DNA of 64,000 bases from an uncultured delta proteobacterium (GCA_963847445.1 CAWJZV010000042.1:64001-128000); one strand, 5' to 3'. Shown: positions 10,492 through 21,804, numbered from the stretch's first letter. The notes: generated from the sequence alone by a model not told the origin. Program-made: numbers and translations.

Positions 10492-10953
10492 CTAGCCGCC
10501 AACGAACTTGCGGCGTAGCCGGGCTTTGCTAAGCAGCCAATGGGCGCGCAGGCTGCGCCTCCACTGGCTCAACGCCTCGAGATTGAGGGCCGAAGGCAAA
10601 AGTTGGCGCGGCATTACCTGGTAGACGATCGGGTCGGTGATGCTGCGGCGCGAGCGCTGCAGGAGGAAAAAGTAGCGCTCGTTGGCAACAAAAACGTAGC
10701 TCTCGGCCATCGGATCGATGGCGCTTTGCGGCTTCAACCAATCTTCATCCACGCTCGCTAGCTCTTCGATGGCATGACCCGCGTGCCGTTCCATGAATTG
10801 GCGCCGGTCATCCGTCGGGATCTCGCGCACGTTTGAGCCTTGCAGTTCGTAGATCGGCGCTTGATCGAAGGGCGTGACCTTGTGCACTTCGTTGCACCCG
10901 CGGCAGTATAGGAAGCGCTCGTTACCTATCATAATTTGGTAACCTACACTCAT
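10492..10953 (-). CDS. Hypothetical protein with possible Zn-binding CxxC...H motif
   Basis: YCRGCNEVH and FMERHAGH; co-directional downstream of the decaheme gene. Confidence 0.55.
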   Translation of the reverse strand: MSVGYQIMIGNERFLYCRGCNEVHKVTPFDQAPIYELQGSNVREIPTDDRRQFMERHAGHAIEELASVDEDWLKPQSAIDPMAESYVFVANERYFFLLQRSRRSITDPIVYQVMPRQLLPSALNLEALSQWRRSLRAHWLLSKARLRRKFVGG

Positions 10954-11065
10954 CGGTTTAAAGATTTAGCCGCGCGAATTTCAGTAAAGCTACTCCCCTC
11001 GCAATCGAACTGGCATCGTTTTCTCGTCGAGTCGCTAGCGCACGCCGTGCCTGTCCGTAACGCGG

Positions 11066-13096
11066 CTATCTCCGATGTACTTTCTCAACAGCAAAGGCGC
11101 GGCCGACGCCGTGGCAGGTGACGCAGGCTTCTTGGCCGTTTATGTTGGTCATCGTGTCCATGTGAATTTTCGCCGGCTCCTTGGTGTGACAAGCGATGCA
11201 GGCGCTGGTGATGGGCTGGATCGCCTTCACGCTGCCATCCTTTTGCGGGATCAGTGTCGGCAAAAGTCCCGCCGGCAATGGCGGCTCGTTCGCTCCGGGC
11301 ACATGGCACTTCACGCAGTTGCGCCGGTCGCCGGGAAAACGCACGTCGCCCATTTCGATGGGGCCCGGCTTCACCGGCGGACCGCCGTAGATGATTAGGG
11401 ACTCGGCCGCAGCCGCACCGGTATGAATCCGATGAATCAGCCGCTTGTAGTGAATGTTTTCCGGTGGCAGCGGTCCCTTAGCCGCTTTGCGTTTGTCCTC
11501 GTCGGTATTGGATGGGTTGTGGCACATGACGCAGAATTCGGCGTTGCGCCGTGCTTCGCCATGAGTCGCCAACGTCAAATGGCAGACGTTGCAGTTTTCA
11601 ATTATCACCGCCTGGCGCCGTGGCACTGCCTCGCTGTCGGTGATGGAGAAATACTTGACGATGTTGAAGCCCACATCGCGTTGGCCTTTGATGACCTCGC
11701 CATTTGGCTTCTTGAGATCGCGCAGCCGAAATCCCTGAATGCCGATGGCGCCTGACCCCAATGCATCGGCTGGAATCGCATAACGGAATTTGTAAATGTA
11801 AACGCCGCCGCCGGCAGGCTGTGCTTTGCGGACATCTTCCTCGACTGCGACTTTGTAGTCCGACGTGGGCCAAGCGACCACCAATCTCAAGTTGTCCATC
11901 CTGGCGGCGTCGAGGGGCTCGCCCTGCTTAGTTTTTACGCTGAAGGTGACTGTAGGTCTTTCCCCGGGTTTACCATCGTCGATTTTTTGAATCTCGAAAA
12001 CCACGCCGGGTAGCTGGGCGGAAAAACCGGGAAAGGTGTGGGCACCGGCGATGGACGGACCGAACTCCGGACCATTGGGCTGGTGGCAACCGACGCATGT
12101 CCCTTCGGCCAAGGGGCCAAGTTTGTGATTTCTACCAGTCGCGAGATCGACATTGTTGTGACAGGACGTACATGCGGCGATACTCGGAAACCTCTTCCAC
12201 TGATCTTTTTTCGGATCGGCGTGGCAGGCCTGGCAGTTGCGCAGTTCCTTGTAGCTGCCGTCGGACAGCATCGCCTGCGGATAGCGAATGTTGGAAAAGT
12301 CTCTGACCCGCTGATTGAGTGCGACGGTGAAGAAGGACTTGCCTTCTATGACGCTGGGCAAGAGTTTGCCGCGGTGAATCTTGTGCACGAAAACTTTGAA
12401 GTCGAGGCTCTCGCCGCTCTCCGGATCGGTTAACTGTTCGGTGTGGCAGAGCGCGCAGCCGGCGACCTCGCGCCGCGTGCCGCCATGGGCTTTGAGTGGA
12501 TCGTGACAATTGTTGCACGAAGCGGTTTCGACGACTGAACGTTGCACTTTGACGTTCGCGCCGGATGGGATGAATTCGAAAACTGGATTAGCGACCTGCT
12601 TGCCGTTTTCGCGGGTGAATTCGCCACCGACAACATGAGTTGCGTTGCGATCGTAATTGGCCGGTAAAGCCGTCTTGAAAGTGTAGGTGAATACACCGGA
12701 GCGAATCTGTTTGAACGAACCGCCTTGGTCGAAGTCGGGCTGGAGCGTTTCGGCGAGCGCCGGTTTCTTGGTTTCGCCTTTGAAGACAAATTCTTTGCCG
12801 CTGACTTTGGTGAGAATGTAGTTGTGGTAGCTGGTTGCGCCGGTGTTGTCAGCTTTGATCGCGGCGATGGTGAACTTGATGCTATTCGCATCAAGGTCGA
12901 TTAGAGCAAAGGGTTTCCCTTGACCATCGGTGTTGGTGAACATCACCTCGGCACGGCCATCGGCGCCAATCTTCACGCCCTTGATCTCCGCTTTAAACCC
13001 GGTGTTGCTCTGCGCAAGAAGCGGCGTAGACCACAACAGGACAATTATGGCCAAGGTTATTCTTAGTTGTGTCGTCAACTTATATGATTGCAACAT
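11066..13096 (-). CDS. OmcA/MtrC-family decaheme c-type cytochrome
   Basis: Ten CxxCH motifs (CNNCH, CALCH, CQACH, CTSCH, CVGCH, CNVCH, CVMCH, CVKCH, CIACH, CVTCH) in a 5+5 layout, each block preceded by a heme-free beta-rich domain; VHKIH.G and IHRIH.G motifs; signal peptide. Confidence 0.92.
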   Translation of the reverse strand: MLQSYKLTTQLRITLAIIVLLWSTPLLAQSNTGFKAEIKGVKIGADGRAEVMFTNTDGQGKPFALIDLDANSIKFTIAAIKADNTGATSYHNYILTKVSGKEFVFKGETKKPALAETLQPDFDQGGSFKQIRSGVFTYTFKTALPANYDRNATHVVGGEFTRENGKQVANPVFEFIPSGANVKVQRSVVETASCNNCHDPLKAHGGTRREVAGCALCHTEQLTDPESGESLDFKVFVHKIHRGKLLPSVIEGKSFFTVALNQRVRDFSNIRYPQAMLSDGSYKELRNCQACHADPKKDQWKRFPSIAACTSCHNNVDLATGRNHKLGPLAEGTCVGCHQPNGPEFGPSIAGAHTFPGFSAQLPGVVFEIQKIDDGKPGERPTVTFSVKTKQGEPLDAARMDNLRLVVAWPTSDYKVAVEEDVRKAQPAGGGVYIYKFRYAIPADALGSGAIGIQGFRLRDLKKPNGEVIKGQRDVGFNIVKYFSITDSEAVPRRQAVIIENCNVCHLTLATHGEARRNAEFCVMCHNPSNTDEDKRKAAKGPLPPENIHYKRLIHRIHTGAAAAESLIIYGGPPVKPGPIEMGDVRFPGDRRNCVKCHVPGANEPPLPAGLLPTLIPQKDGSVKAIQPITSACIACHTKEPAKIHMDTMTNINGQEACVTCHGVGRAFAVEKVHRR

Positions 13097-13139
13097 TCTT
13101 TTGCCCACAGGGAAGGCCAAACCAATGTTTAATTACGAG

Positions 13140-13861
13140 CTATGGGATATCGCTGCTATCCTCATCAAAAGAAATATCAAACGTTACCGCCTTGGCGTTG
13201 GCGGAAAAAACAATTTCACCGAGCCGGTGGGCGAGAAAATACACTGTGCCCACGTTCTCATAATGTTCCAGTAGGGCATGTGCCATGCCATCGGCCGGCG
13301 ATGGCAGAATTTTTACCGCACTGCCGTCAAAGAACCCCAGCACATTGCGCTTCGCGCGCCATTTTGCCGTCGCGTCGCTCGCCGCAACGTTTGTCGGATC
13401 GGCGATCTTCAGGTGCTCCGCGGTATGGTAGAGCGCGATAAGTTTAGGTTCCCGCAATAATGCCGGCAGGACTTCGCCGATCGATAGCTTGCTATACGTT
13501 TCGGCCCACAGCTCTGTAGGGACGGCCAGATGAGCGTGGTCGGCGTCCAAGGGAAACAAATAGCGCGCCGCGCCGTTCTCCAACATCTGTTTTAGATGGC
13601 GGGTGGTTTCGGTGATGAATCGGCAGGGTGCGTGAAACTGTTTTCCCTGAAAGGATGCGACGAATTCACTGTTGCCGTAGTAGCAGCCGTGCGGTTTTAG
13701 GGCGTGGCGCAGCCGGCTGCCGAACTGTTCTTGATAACGATAGGCGTTTTCGATTTCTACCGGGGTAAAATACCAGCCGTTATCGATGCCGAGCGCCGGT
13801 CCGGCGCTATTTAGGAACAGACACGATCACAAGTATTCTAAACGCCAGTCTTATGCTTCAT
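13140..13861 (-). CDS. Secreted hypothetical protein (frameshift in signal peptide)
   Basis: GGAG RBS plus ATG at 13861; signal-like ...NSAGPALG, then open frame IDNGWYFTPVEIENAY... running into ORF 13140..13586 (DADHAH). Confidence 0.6.
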
Positions 13862-13887
13862 GTCGGCTCCTTTCGATCGCAGCCCTG

Positions 13888-15357
13888 TCAGCGGATGAAT
13901 CCGAAAAATCTCCAGTAGGGGACACTCACGGCGAGTGCCAGCAACGTGGCCAAATACTTGGCGGCCAGAATCTTACGCGCTTGGCTATGCGAGAATGCTG
14001 AGCCTCCGCCCCCGGAATAGGCGATCTGATACGGGCCGTCTTGATAGCCGAGCAGGAAACACTCGCCAATCATGATCGATGCCACAACCAAGATGCCGGG
14101 ATGAATGCCAACGCTCTCGCTCAGTGGAAGAATGGTGACGGTAAATAATGCCGCGGTAGGAGTCTTGCGGAGAAAAAAGCGCACGGTTGAAACGAGCAAG
14201 AACAGGACGAGGAGCAAGCCCAACGGTTGGCCGGCGAATCCGCCGAGCAGATGGCCGCTAAGCGTCATGAAAAAAGCATCCACTTTGAGGGTTGAGGCCA
14301 CCACCGCCAGACTGTTCAGGACGCCGAAAAACAGGATAAGTCCCCAGTCGAGATCGTTGCGAAATCCTTTTTCATCGAGCACGCCGGTCAACAAAAAGAT
14401 CAGGAGCGCGGCGAGCGCTACCCAGGCCTCATTGACGCCGTGGAAAGAAGTCGTAAGCCAACCGACAACGGTCAGTATCAAAGTCGTCAAGGTGATCCAC
14501 TCCTTACGGGTGAACGAGCCTGGCATCATGACCTCGGCCCTGACAGCGGTGGCCGCAAGACTTGCCTTGTCTTGGGGCGACATCGGGAGCAGAAGCTGGA
14601 CTGCGAAAAACATGAATAGGGAAATCGTTAGCACCGCCGGTAACGTGGCGACGAACCAAGACAGCCAGCCAAACTCCGCTTTGGCCGACGGCGGGAGAAA
14701 ATTCCAGCCGATCAGACAATGTTCGCCCGCGGTCAGGAACATAAATGACATTTGGCTGAAACCAATAAACGCCGAAAGCGAGATCGCGGCGGAGCCGTTA
14801 GAGCGTGGCGCAAAACCGGCGGCTTGGATTATTGCTTGACTCACCGGCACAGCGACCGCAGCTCTAGCTTTGCCGGTCGGTAAAAGCGGTCCTGAAAGCA
14901 CCCCGGCACCGAGCAGGAACAAGGTATAAGTTTTCTGGCAATGGATCGGTATCCAGCGCAGAAGTTTGAGCGCAAGCCTTTCCAGCAGTGAAGTCTTGCC
15001 GATGGCGGCGGCGATACCCAGCGCGCCAACGGTGAAAAACCAGGAGTTCTCGGAAAAGCCGGCAAGAGCCACCTTCGCCGGGACGATGCCGAAGACCACC
15101 CAGCTGAGGAGCAACATTAAGCCGACGATAAATTCATCCAAAACCTCAAGCACCCAGAGCGTTACCGCGACGATCATAGTGGCGAGGAAATGCATTCCCT
15201 TGGCGCCGAGAGGGGTAAACGGCGGCATTGTCCAAACTGCACAACCTACCGCAAGGGCCAGCAGAACGATCAACGTGTCTTTGCTAGGAAGAAGTAGCGA
15301 TTGTGGCTTTGCAATCGACTGCACATTTACTGGCAACACTTCAGTTTCCGCTTCCAT
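13888..15357 (-). CDS. DASS/SLC13 family divalent anion:Na+ symporter
   Basis: Many TM helices; ALAGFS, KTSLLERLA, LDWGLILFFG, LLGYQ; RBS before MEAETE. Confidence 0.85.
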   Translation of the reverse strand: MEAETEVLPVNVQSIAKPQSLLLPSKDTLIVLLALAVGCAVWTMPPFTPLGAKGMHFLATMIVAVTLWVLEVLDEFIVGLMLLLSWVVFGIVPAKVALAGFSENSWFFTVGALGIAAAIGKTSLLERLALKLLRWIPIHCQKTYTLFLLGAGVLSGPLLPTGKARAAVAVPVSQAIIQAAGFAPRSNGSAAISLSAFIGFSQMSFMFLTAGEHCLIGWNFLPPSAKAEFGWLSWFVATLPAVLTISLFMFFAVQLLLPMSPQDKASLAATAVRAEVMMPGSFTRKEWITLTTLILTVVGWLTTSFHGVNEAWVALAALLIFLLTGVLDEKGFRNDLDWGLILFFGVLNSLAVVASTLKVDAFFMTLSGHLLGGFAGQPLGLLLVLFLLVSTVRFFLRKTPTAALFTVTILPLSESVGIHPGILVVASIMIGECFLLGYQDGPYQIAYSGGGGSAFSHSQARKILAAKYLATLLALAVSVPYWRFFGFIR

Positions 15358-15473
15358 TGTACTTCCCCCTCGCAGGCCGTTCGAGACACACAAACACCCT
15401 TCGCGATCGTCAAATCCACAGGCGCGATCGCCTTGAATCTCTCGCCGCGGTGTGATTTTCCCCCGGGAAATCA

Positions 15474-16541
15474 CTACTTGCCGACCGAGACTTGCGCGTA
15501 ACCCGCCCGCAGTTCACTGACCGCCGGGTGATTGGGTCCCAAGCTTTTTTCCACAATGATGACAGCCCGTTGATACAATTGTGCCGCTTCATCGTTACGA
15601 CCAACTTCGCGGTAAAGCTCGGCGAGGTTCTTTAGTGTCGTGCCGACATCGGGATGTTCTTTCCCAAGAAACTTTTCACGGATCGTCAGGGACTTCAGAA
15701 AGAGTGTCTGCGCGTCGGTGTGGTTGCCGAGTGCGCGCTCGAGATTGCCAAGGTTATTCATGCCGAGGGCAACATCGGGATGGTCGATGCCGTGTTCGGC
15801 GCTCCAGATTTGAATCACCCGGAGGTAAAGCGCTTTGGCCGGTTTGAACTTTCTCTGCTTGTGATAAACCCAGGCGAGATTGTGGACGGCGGTGGCGAGT
15901 TGGGGATTGTCAATTCCCAGCGATTGCTCCTGGATCCGTAGCGTTCGTTGAAACAAGTCTTCCGCTTGATCGAAGCGGCCTTGGAGCGCGTGCAAGCCGC
16001 CGAGATTGTTCAACACGACGGCCAAGTCCGATTGGTCTGGGCCTGAATAGTTTTCCCATATTTTAATTGCGCGCTGGTACAACGATTCCGCTTCGGCAAA
16101 GCGCGCCTGCGAGCGATAGACGCCGGCCAGGTTATTTAGCTGATCGGCGAGATCGGGATGATTCGCCCCCCACGTCGTCTCCGTGATCGCGCCCGCGCGC
16201 AGATAGTGTTGTTCCGCTTCGGTGTATTTGCCTTGCTCGGCTTTTAGCCAGCCAAGATTATTGTGGTAGTAGGCCATCTCGGGATCGTCGGCGCCTTTTT
16301 TCTTCTGGCGGATTTCGAATACTTCTTGGATGATGGTTTCGGCGTGGGAGTAGAGGCCTCGTCGCTTATAGCCATCAGCGGTGCTTTCCATGCGGCTGAG
16401 CGACTCGGTGTCAATGCCGAGAGCCGCCTCTTCCCGGGCGCTCAATTGTTCGGCCGGTGCGAAGTCAGCGAACGAGTGTCGAGCAAACAAAAACGAAGTT
16501 AGAATCACCGCCGCGCCGGCAAATCGTTTGAGGTGTTTCAT
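15474..16541 (-). CDS. Secreted TPR protein (42-aa kinesin-light-chain-like repeats)
   Basis: Signal peptide; about six repeats of HPD.A..LNNLA..Y..QG.F.EAE.LYQRA..I.E..LG. Confidence 0.9.
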   Translation of the reverse strand: MKHLKRFAGAAVILTSFLFARHSFADFAPAEQLSAREEAALGIDTESLSRMESTADGYKRRGLYSHAETIIQEVFEIRQKKKGADDPEMAYYHNNLGWLKAEQGKYTEAEQHYLRAGAITETTWGANHPDLADQLNNLAGVYRSQARFAEAESLYQRAIKIWENYSGPDQSDLAVVLNNLGGLHALQGRFDQAEDLFQRTLRIQEQSLGIDNPQLATAVHNLAWVYHKQRKFKPAKALYLRVIQIWSAEHGIDHPDVALGMNNLGNLERALGNHTDAQTLFLKSLTIREKFLGKEHPDVGTTLKNLAELYREVGRNDEAAQLYQRAVIIVEKSLGPNHPAVSELRAGYAQVSVGK

Positions 16542-17035
16542 AAGTCCCTACTGGTGAAGTCGGCCGGGTGACATAAGCGGACCGGCATGGCCGATGGCGG
16601 TCTGGCAATTCCTAAAGCTGCAATCAGACTGCGGAGCCAGCGCCTTGCCCGGTTTATCGCCGGGCGCATGATCACCAGGCTTTTTGCTTCAACCTCATTG
16701 TACTGGCGCAGGACCGGCCGTAACCGCCCGCTGTAAAACTTGACTTCGATCTGCACCCCGTGATCGCGTAGCTCTCGGCCGGCGTGCTCCAATCGTTGCG
16801 TCAGGTTCGATTGCGGCTCGTCGCGATCATGCGGTGCCGCGAAGGGGCTGGCAAAATCGCCCCGCTTAGCGCTTTGGATCGTCAGAAGTTGACCGGTAAG
16901 CTCGCTGAAGCGGTCAACGTCCAAGTGGACCAAGAAGACGATCTTGGTGTCGGGTCGAGCCATATCTTCGAGATAGGGAAGAAACTCTTCGATGTGATCG
17001 CGGCCCTTGATCGGCACGAGAATTTGGCAGCGCAT
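16538..17035 (-). CDS. Universal stress protein-like
   Basis: N-terminal QILVP strand, IVFLVH, GVQIEV, SLVIM pattern; GAGGA RBS. Confidence 0.55.
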   Translation of the reverse strand: MRCQILVPIKGRDHIEEFLPYLEDMARPDTKIVFLVHLDVDRFSELTGQLLTIQSAKRGDFASPFAAPHDRDEPQSNLTQRLEHAGRELRDHGVQIEVKFYSGRLRPVLRQYNEVEAKSLVIMRPAINRARRWLRSLIAALGIARPPSAMPVRLCHPADFTSRDL

Positions 17036-17064
17036 CGATTTTTCCTCAGGATGAGGATCTCTAC

Positions 17065-17081
17065 AGCATGGGTCGTGCCAA
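17065..17081 (-). promoter_or_regulatory. sigma54 (-24/-12) promoter of the USP-TPR-DASS-cytochrome operon
   Basis: Minus strand TTGGCACGACCCATGCT, GG-N10-GC spacing, ~30 bp before ATG 17035. Confidence 0.75.
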
Positions 17082-17178
17082 GCAGAAGTTTTCTTTCCAG
17101 GCCAGCTCAACGCCAGTGAAATATAAGAACAATCTAATCGCGGCATGATTGCGATTGGATTAAATCGCGGTGGCGAAG

Positions 17179-17216
17179 TGTCTAAAAGAAAACAGGCCAG
17201 TGTGGGAAACCACTCA
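17179..17216. promoter_or_regulatory. Tandem putative enhancer-binding-protein sites (UAS)
   Basis: TGTCTAAAAGAAAACA (17179-94) and TGTGGGAAACCACTCA (17201-16), TG(T/A)-N10-ACA type, ~100-135 bp upstream of the sigma54 promoter. Confidence 0.55.
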
Positions 17217-17272
17217 GGTTAATCGAGTGGGCTAGTAGAAACTAGCTGAGCGGTGATATTGATTTCCCGTCG

Positions 17273-17380
17273 GTCATGCCGACCGTAGGCCGGTATCCAG
17301 GTGGCGGACCGCGTCCGTCATACCGTTGAAGAACGGTATCCAGGTTGAGGGGATGGACCCCGGTTTTTACGGGGACGACG
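17273..17380. repeat. CGTC/GTCA-type REP cluster
   Basis: gtcatgccg..cggtatccag and gtcataccgttgaagaacggtatccagg; near-identical unit at ~55049-55078 and inverted at ~45890-45918. Confidence 0.7.
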
Positions 17381-17439
17381 GGATTGGCTTCGCTCGAAGG
17401 TGATGGGAATCACCATCGTCGAGTGAAATAAGAGAAATA

Positions 17440-18795
17440 TCAGTTGATACCGAAGGACTTAAGCAGCTTTTGAAAATAAGCGCGGTCCAGACCGAGAAGC
17501 TTTGCCGCGGCGGTGCGGTTGCCGTTGGATTGCTGAAGGGTTTTGACAATCACTTCGCGGCGGTATTCGTCGACGGTCTCTTGATAATTGAGGTGCGCGT
17601 TTGCCGTAATGGGCCGGGATACAGCTAAGATTTCCACCGGTAGGTCGTTGGCCTGGATCGCCGGCGGTTCGCCGAGGACCACCGCGCGCTCGATGACGTT
17701 GGCGAGTTCTCGAACGTTGCCGGGCCAGTCATGGGCCATCAGCTTGGCCTGGGCGTCGTCGGCGATCCGCAGGAAATCTTTTTTCGACTCCAGGGAAAAG
17801 CGCCGGAGAAAAAACTCGGCCAACTCTGGGATATCTTCCTTGCGCTCGCGGAGCGGCGGCAAGGTGATCGGCACGACGTTGATCCGGTAAAATAGATCCT
17901 CGCGAAATCTACCGTTCTTGACCGCGGCCTGCAGGTTGCGATTGGTCGCGGCGATGATGCGCACGTCGACGCTGATCAGCTCGGTGCCGCCGACCCGCTC
18001 GAACTCCCGCTCTTGCAAGAAGCGCAGCAGCTTGGTCTGAATCTCCTTAGTGATGTCGCCGATCTCGTCGAGAAATACCGTGCCGCCATGGGCCAGCTCG
18101 ATCTTTCCCTTCTTTCTTTGCTGGGCGCCGGTGAAGGCGCCGCGCTCGTAACCGAACAATTCGCTTTCCAACAAGTCTTTCGACAGGCCGACGCAGTTGA
18201 TCGCGACGAACGGCAGGTCGTGGCGCTCGCTCCAGTTATGCACGGCGCGGGCGAACAGCTCCTTGCCGACGCCGCTTTCGCCGAGCAGCAGGACTGTGCT
18301 GCGGGTCGCCGCGGCTTTTTTAGCGGCGTTGATCACTTGATTGATCTTCTCGCTTTTGCCGAAAACCATTTGGTACCGTTTGTCGACCTCTTGGGTCAGC
18401 ACTTCAATGCCGCGGCGCAAGCGCTGTTGCTCCATGGTGCGTTGCACCACCATCGCGATATGGCTGCCTTTAAACGGTTTGGCGACAAAATCCGCGGCGC
18501 CTTCTTTCATCGCCTCGACGGCGATGTCGATGGTGCCGTAGGCGGTGATCATGACCACCGGAAAATCTTTCTCCTGGCGGCGCAGCTCTTTGAGAACTTC
18601 CATGCCCTTCATTCCCGGCATCTCGATGTCGAGGAAAGCCATCTGCGGCGTTTGTTGGCCGATCCTCTCTAAAGCCTGGTTGCCATCGGTGGCTTGCATG
18701 ACCCGATAGCCGAGGGATTCCAGCCGGTCTTTGAGCGCTTCCTGGATGTAGGGATCGTCGTCGACGACTAGAATGGTTTCTTGCGGTTCAGTCAT
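17440..18795 (-). CDS. sigma54-dependent NtrC/AtoC/ZraR-family response regulator
   Basis: REC domain (VVDDD, LDIEMPG), [36 protein letters not shown], Fis-type HTH. Confidence 0.95.
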   Translation of the reverse strand: MTEPQETILVVDDDPYIQEALKDRLESLGYRVMQATDGNQALERIGQQTPQMAFLDIEMPGMKGMEVLKELRRQEKDFPVVMITAYGTIDIAVEAMKEGAADFVAKPFKGSHIAMVVQRTMEQQRLRRGIEVLTQEVDKRYQMVFGKSEKINQVINAAKKAAATRSTVLLLGESGVGKELFARAVHNWSERHDLPFVAINCVGLSKDLLESELFGYERGAFTGAQQRKKGKIELAHGGTVFLDEIGDITKEIQTKLLRFLQEREFERVGGTELISVDVRIIAATNRNLQAAVKNGRFREDLFYRINVVPITLPPLRERKEDIPELAEFFLRRFSLESKKDFLRIADDAQAKLMAHDWPGNVRELANVIERAVVLGEPPAIQANDLPVEILAVSRPITANAHLNYQETVDEYRREVIVKTLQQSNGNRTAAAKLLGLDRAYFQKLLKSFGIN

Positions 18796-18806
18796 AGGGA
18801 CAGACC

Positions 18807-21804
18807 TCAATTCAGCGCAGCTTGTAGTGACGACTGTTCGACATGCGCAGGAACGGTGAAATAAAACGTGCTGCCGGCGCCGGTGGTGCTCTCCACGCGG
18901 ATCTGGCCGCCATGCATGTCGATCAATTTTTTACATATGGCCAAACCGAGGCCAACCCCTATGGCCTTTTCCCGCCCGGGATGGCTGATTTGGTAGAACT
19001 CGTCGAAGATTCTGCCCGCTTCTTCGGGCGGAATGCCCGGACCGTTATCGCTTACGCCGACCTGGAGCCAATAACCGCTCTCGACGGATTCGAGAAAAAT
19101 GCTGACTTTGCCGCCATTGGGCGTGAATTTGACGGCGTTGGTCACTAAATTGGTGAGCACCTGAGTGACCTTGTCGCGATCGGCCCAGGCCAGATGATCG
19201 CGGTTAGGCGAACCGCCGTCCAGTTCGATAGCCTTGTCCCGAGCCATCGGCCGAAGATTCTCGACTACCTCGGTTATCAGCGAAGATAATTGAAATGTGC
19301 TGGGTTTGATCTCCATGCGGCCCGATTCGATGACCGAGAGATCGAGCAGGTCGTTGAATCAAGCGGGTTAGCCGCTCGCTGCTCTCTTTGATGCCGGTGA
19401 TGTAACGCGCTTGCTTGGCGCTGAGCGGCCCGGTTAGACCGTCGAGCATATTGTCGACCAAGCTGCCGATGGCGGTGAGCGGGGTTCTGAGCTCGTGGGA
19501 GACATTCGAGACAAAACCGGATTTGAGTTTGTCGAGCTCTTTGAGGCGATCGTTGGCCGACTCCAGCTCCCGCGTGCGCGCCTCAAGTTCCTGAAACAGG
19601 TTGATGTTTTTGATCGCGACCACGGCTTGGTCGGCAAAGGTGGTGACCAGTTCCACTTGCGGCTCGGTGAACGGCTCGACGAAGTGGCGAAAGACCACGA
19701 TGACGCCGATGGAGACGCCCTCTTGGAGCAGTGGCACCGCCAGCACGGTGCGCGTGGCGGTTGATATCGGCCCGCGCAACGGCGGCGGTTGTTCCAAGAC
19801 ATCGTTAATCTGCACCGGGCTCTGTTGGCGATACGCCTGCATCGCCGCGCCGTTCTCGTCGGCCGGTAGCGGCTGCTGCTCGACGTCGCACAGGCGATGC
19901 ACACCATTGCGATAGTGGGCGACATAGCGCAGCGCGCCGGTGTTGTCCGCCAGGCGAATGACACCGCCGGCGGCCCGAGTCAGCCTGACGGTGTCGGCGA
20001 TCATGGTATCGAAAAAACTTTGTAAGTCGCTCAGGGTATGCGCCATGGCGCGCAGCATTTCGGCCACCGCGGTTTGACGCTCCAGGGCATCGACCACTTC
20101 GCGATTGCGCCGTTCGAGCTCTGCGCTTTTGCTTTTTGCTTCTTCAAACAGGTTAACGTTGTCGATGGCCGGGCCGATCTGATCCGCCATGGAAGTGAGC
20201 AGCCGGCGCTCTGGTTCCGTCAATTGGCGCGGCAACCGGCCATTGCAGACAATCGCGCCCAACACCCGTCCCTTCGATTTGATCGGAAAGCTCGCGATGA
20301 AATGTATGCCCAATTCTTTCGCCGCGTGGCTTTGGCTAGCGGCCAGATAGGCTGGATCGCTTTGCGCATCGGCGAACAGCAGCGGTTCCCCGGTTTCGGC
20401 GACTCTACCGACAATTCCTTGGCCGCGCTTGAATAGTCTTTGCGCGAATCCTTGGGGCGCGTAGCCGGTCAGAGCGCGCACCCGCAGATCCGTTTGGTTG
20501 GGTTCATAGAGGTAGATGAGCACCGCATAGAGTTCGAAGATCTCAGAGATTTTCTCCGCCACTTGGCGCAATACCACGTCGATGTCGAAGGACTGAGTCG
20601 CGGTGGCGGCGACATCGAGAAGCGCCGTCAGTTCTTTGGTGCGCTGCTGCACTTTATCTTCAAGTCCTTGATAGGCGTTTTTGATTTCGCCGGCCATCTT
20701 GTTGAATTCATCGGCGAGCACTTCGATCTCATTGCCGGTTGCGATTTCGATACGGTGGTTCAAGTCGCCGGTACCGATTCTTTCGACGCCGCGGCGCAGA
20801 GCTTCCAATGGGCGGACCACGCGCCGGGCGACGAAGACGCTGGCGACCAGGGCCGTGGCCAAACCGATAAGCAAGAGGGTGGAGGTGCGTAGAATCGACC
20901 CATACAAGCTCTTGTGCGCCTCGCTAAGCGGCTGCTCGACGAAGACGGCCCAATCAAGGTTGGGGAGGAAGACAAAGGAGCTCAGCACATCCTGCCCGGC
21001 AAAGTCCTTGGCCATGGTCGTCCTCGGTGTGGGCGCCACCGGGTTGGGTTGAAACGCGGTCCGTACCTGGGTCAAATGCGCCGCGCGTAAGCGCTGTAAA
21101 ACTAAACCGGGATTGGAATGGGCGATCAGATCGCCGGCGCGGTTCACGACGTAGGCGTAACCGGTATCGCTGAACTTGAGATCGCGCACAACTTCCCAGA
21201 TCTGGCGCAAGTCGACTTGAGCTTGCAGTGTGCCGATGACATGGCCGGGAAATTGTTCAATGGGCACCGCGATGGCGATCGATGGCTCAGATTCATCGAC
21301 GAAGTTGACCGGACCAAAAAAAGTGACGCCCTGCTTGGCCTGGAGGAAGCTCGCAGCCTTGGAGAGGTTCTGTTCGTCGGCGTTTGGCTCGACCCTAAAG
21401 CGCGAGACGAAAGCCCGCACCCGGCCGTCGGCGCCAATGGCGAGCAGTTCGCTGATGGCTGGCGCGATCATAAGCAGTTTGGCCAGCTCGAACTGGTACG
21501 CCGGACCGATGCCCTGGCGCGCGACGACGCTGCTTACGGTCGCTGCCTTCATGTGTTCTTCGATGGTGAGAATGAATTGGGCGATGCGCCGCGCCGCGTT
21601 ACTGGCGATCTCGCCTTGCACCACGGCGATCTGTTGGCGGCTTTCGCCATAGCGGAAGTAGAGTTCGAGGGCGCCGCTGACGATCAAGCCGCCGCCGAGC
21701 AGCACGACAAAGACCATAAAATACTGCCGTGCCAGGCGGCCAGAATGATTTTGGATTTTGGTCTGCGGGGCGGCTTGTCGATTTGGGATTGTTTCGGAGG
21801 TCAT
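18807..21804 (-). CDS. Sensor histidine kinase (TM-Cache-TM-HAMP-GAF-GAF-HisKA-HATPase), frameshift ~19355
   Basis: GYAYVVNRAGDLIAH Cache motif, HAMP, two GAF blocks, SHELRTPL H-box; N/G1/G2 boxes in ORF 18807..19316. Confidence 0.9.

Noticed and set aside
10998-11052. sigma54 promoter for the 10953 gene (minus-strand AGGCACGGCGTGCGCT or TGCCAGTTCGATTGC)
   Set aside because: Each candidate misses key consensus positions and no UAS was seen
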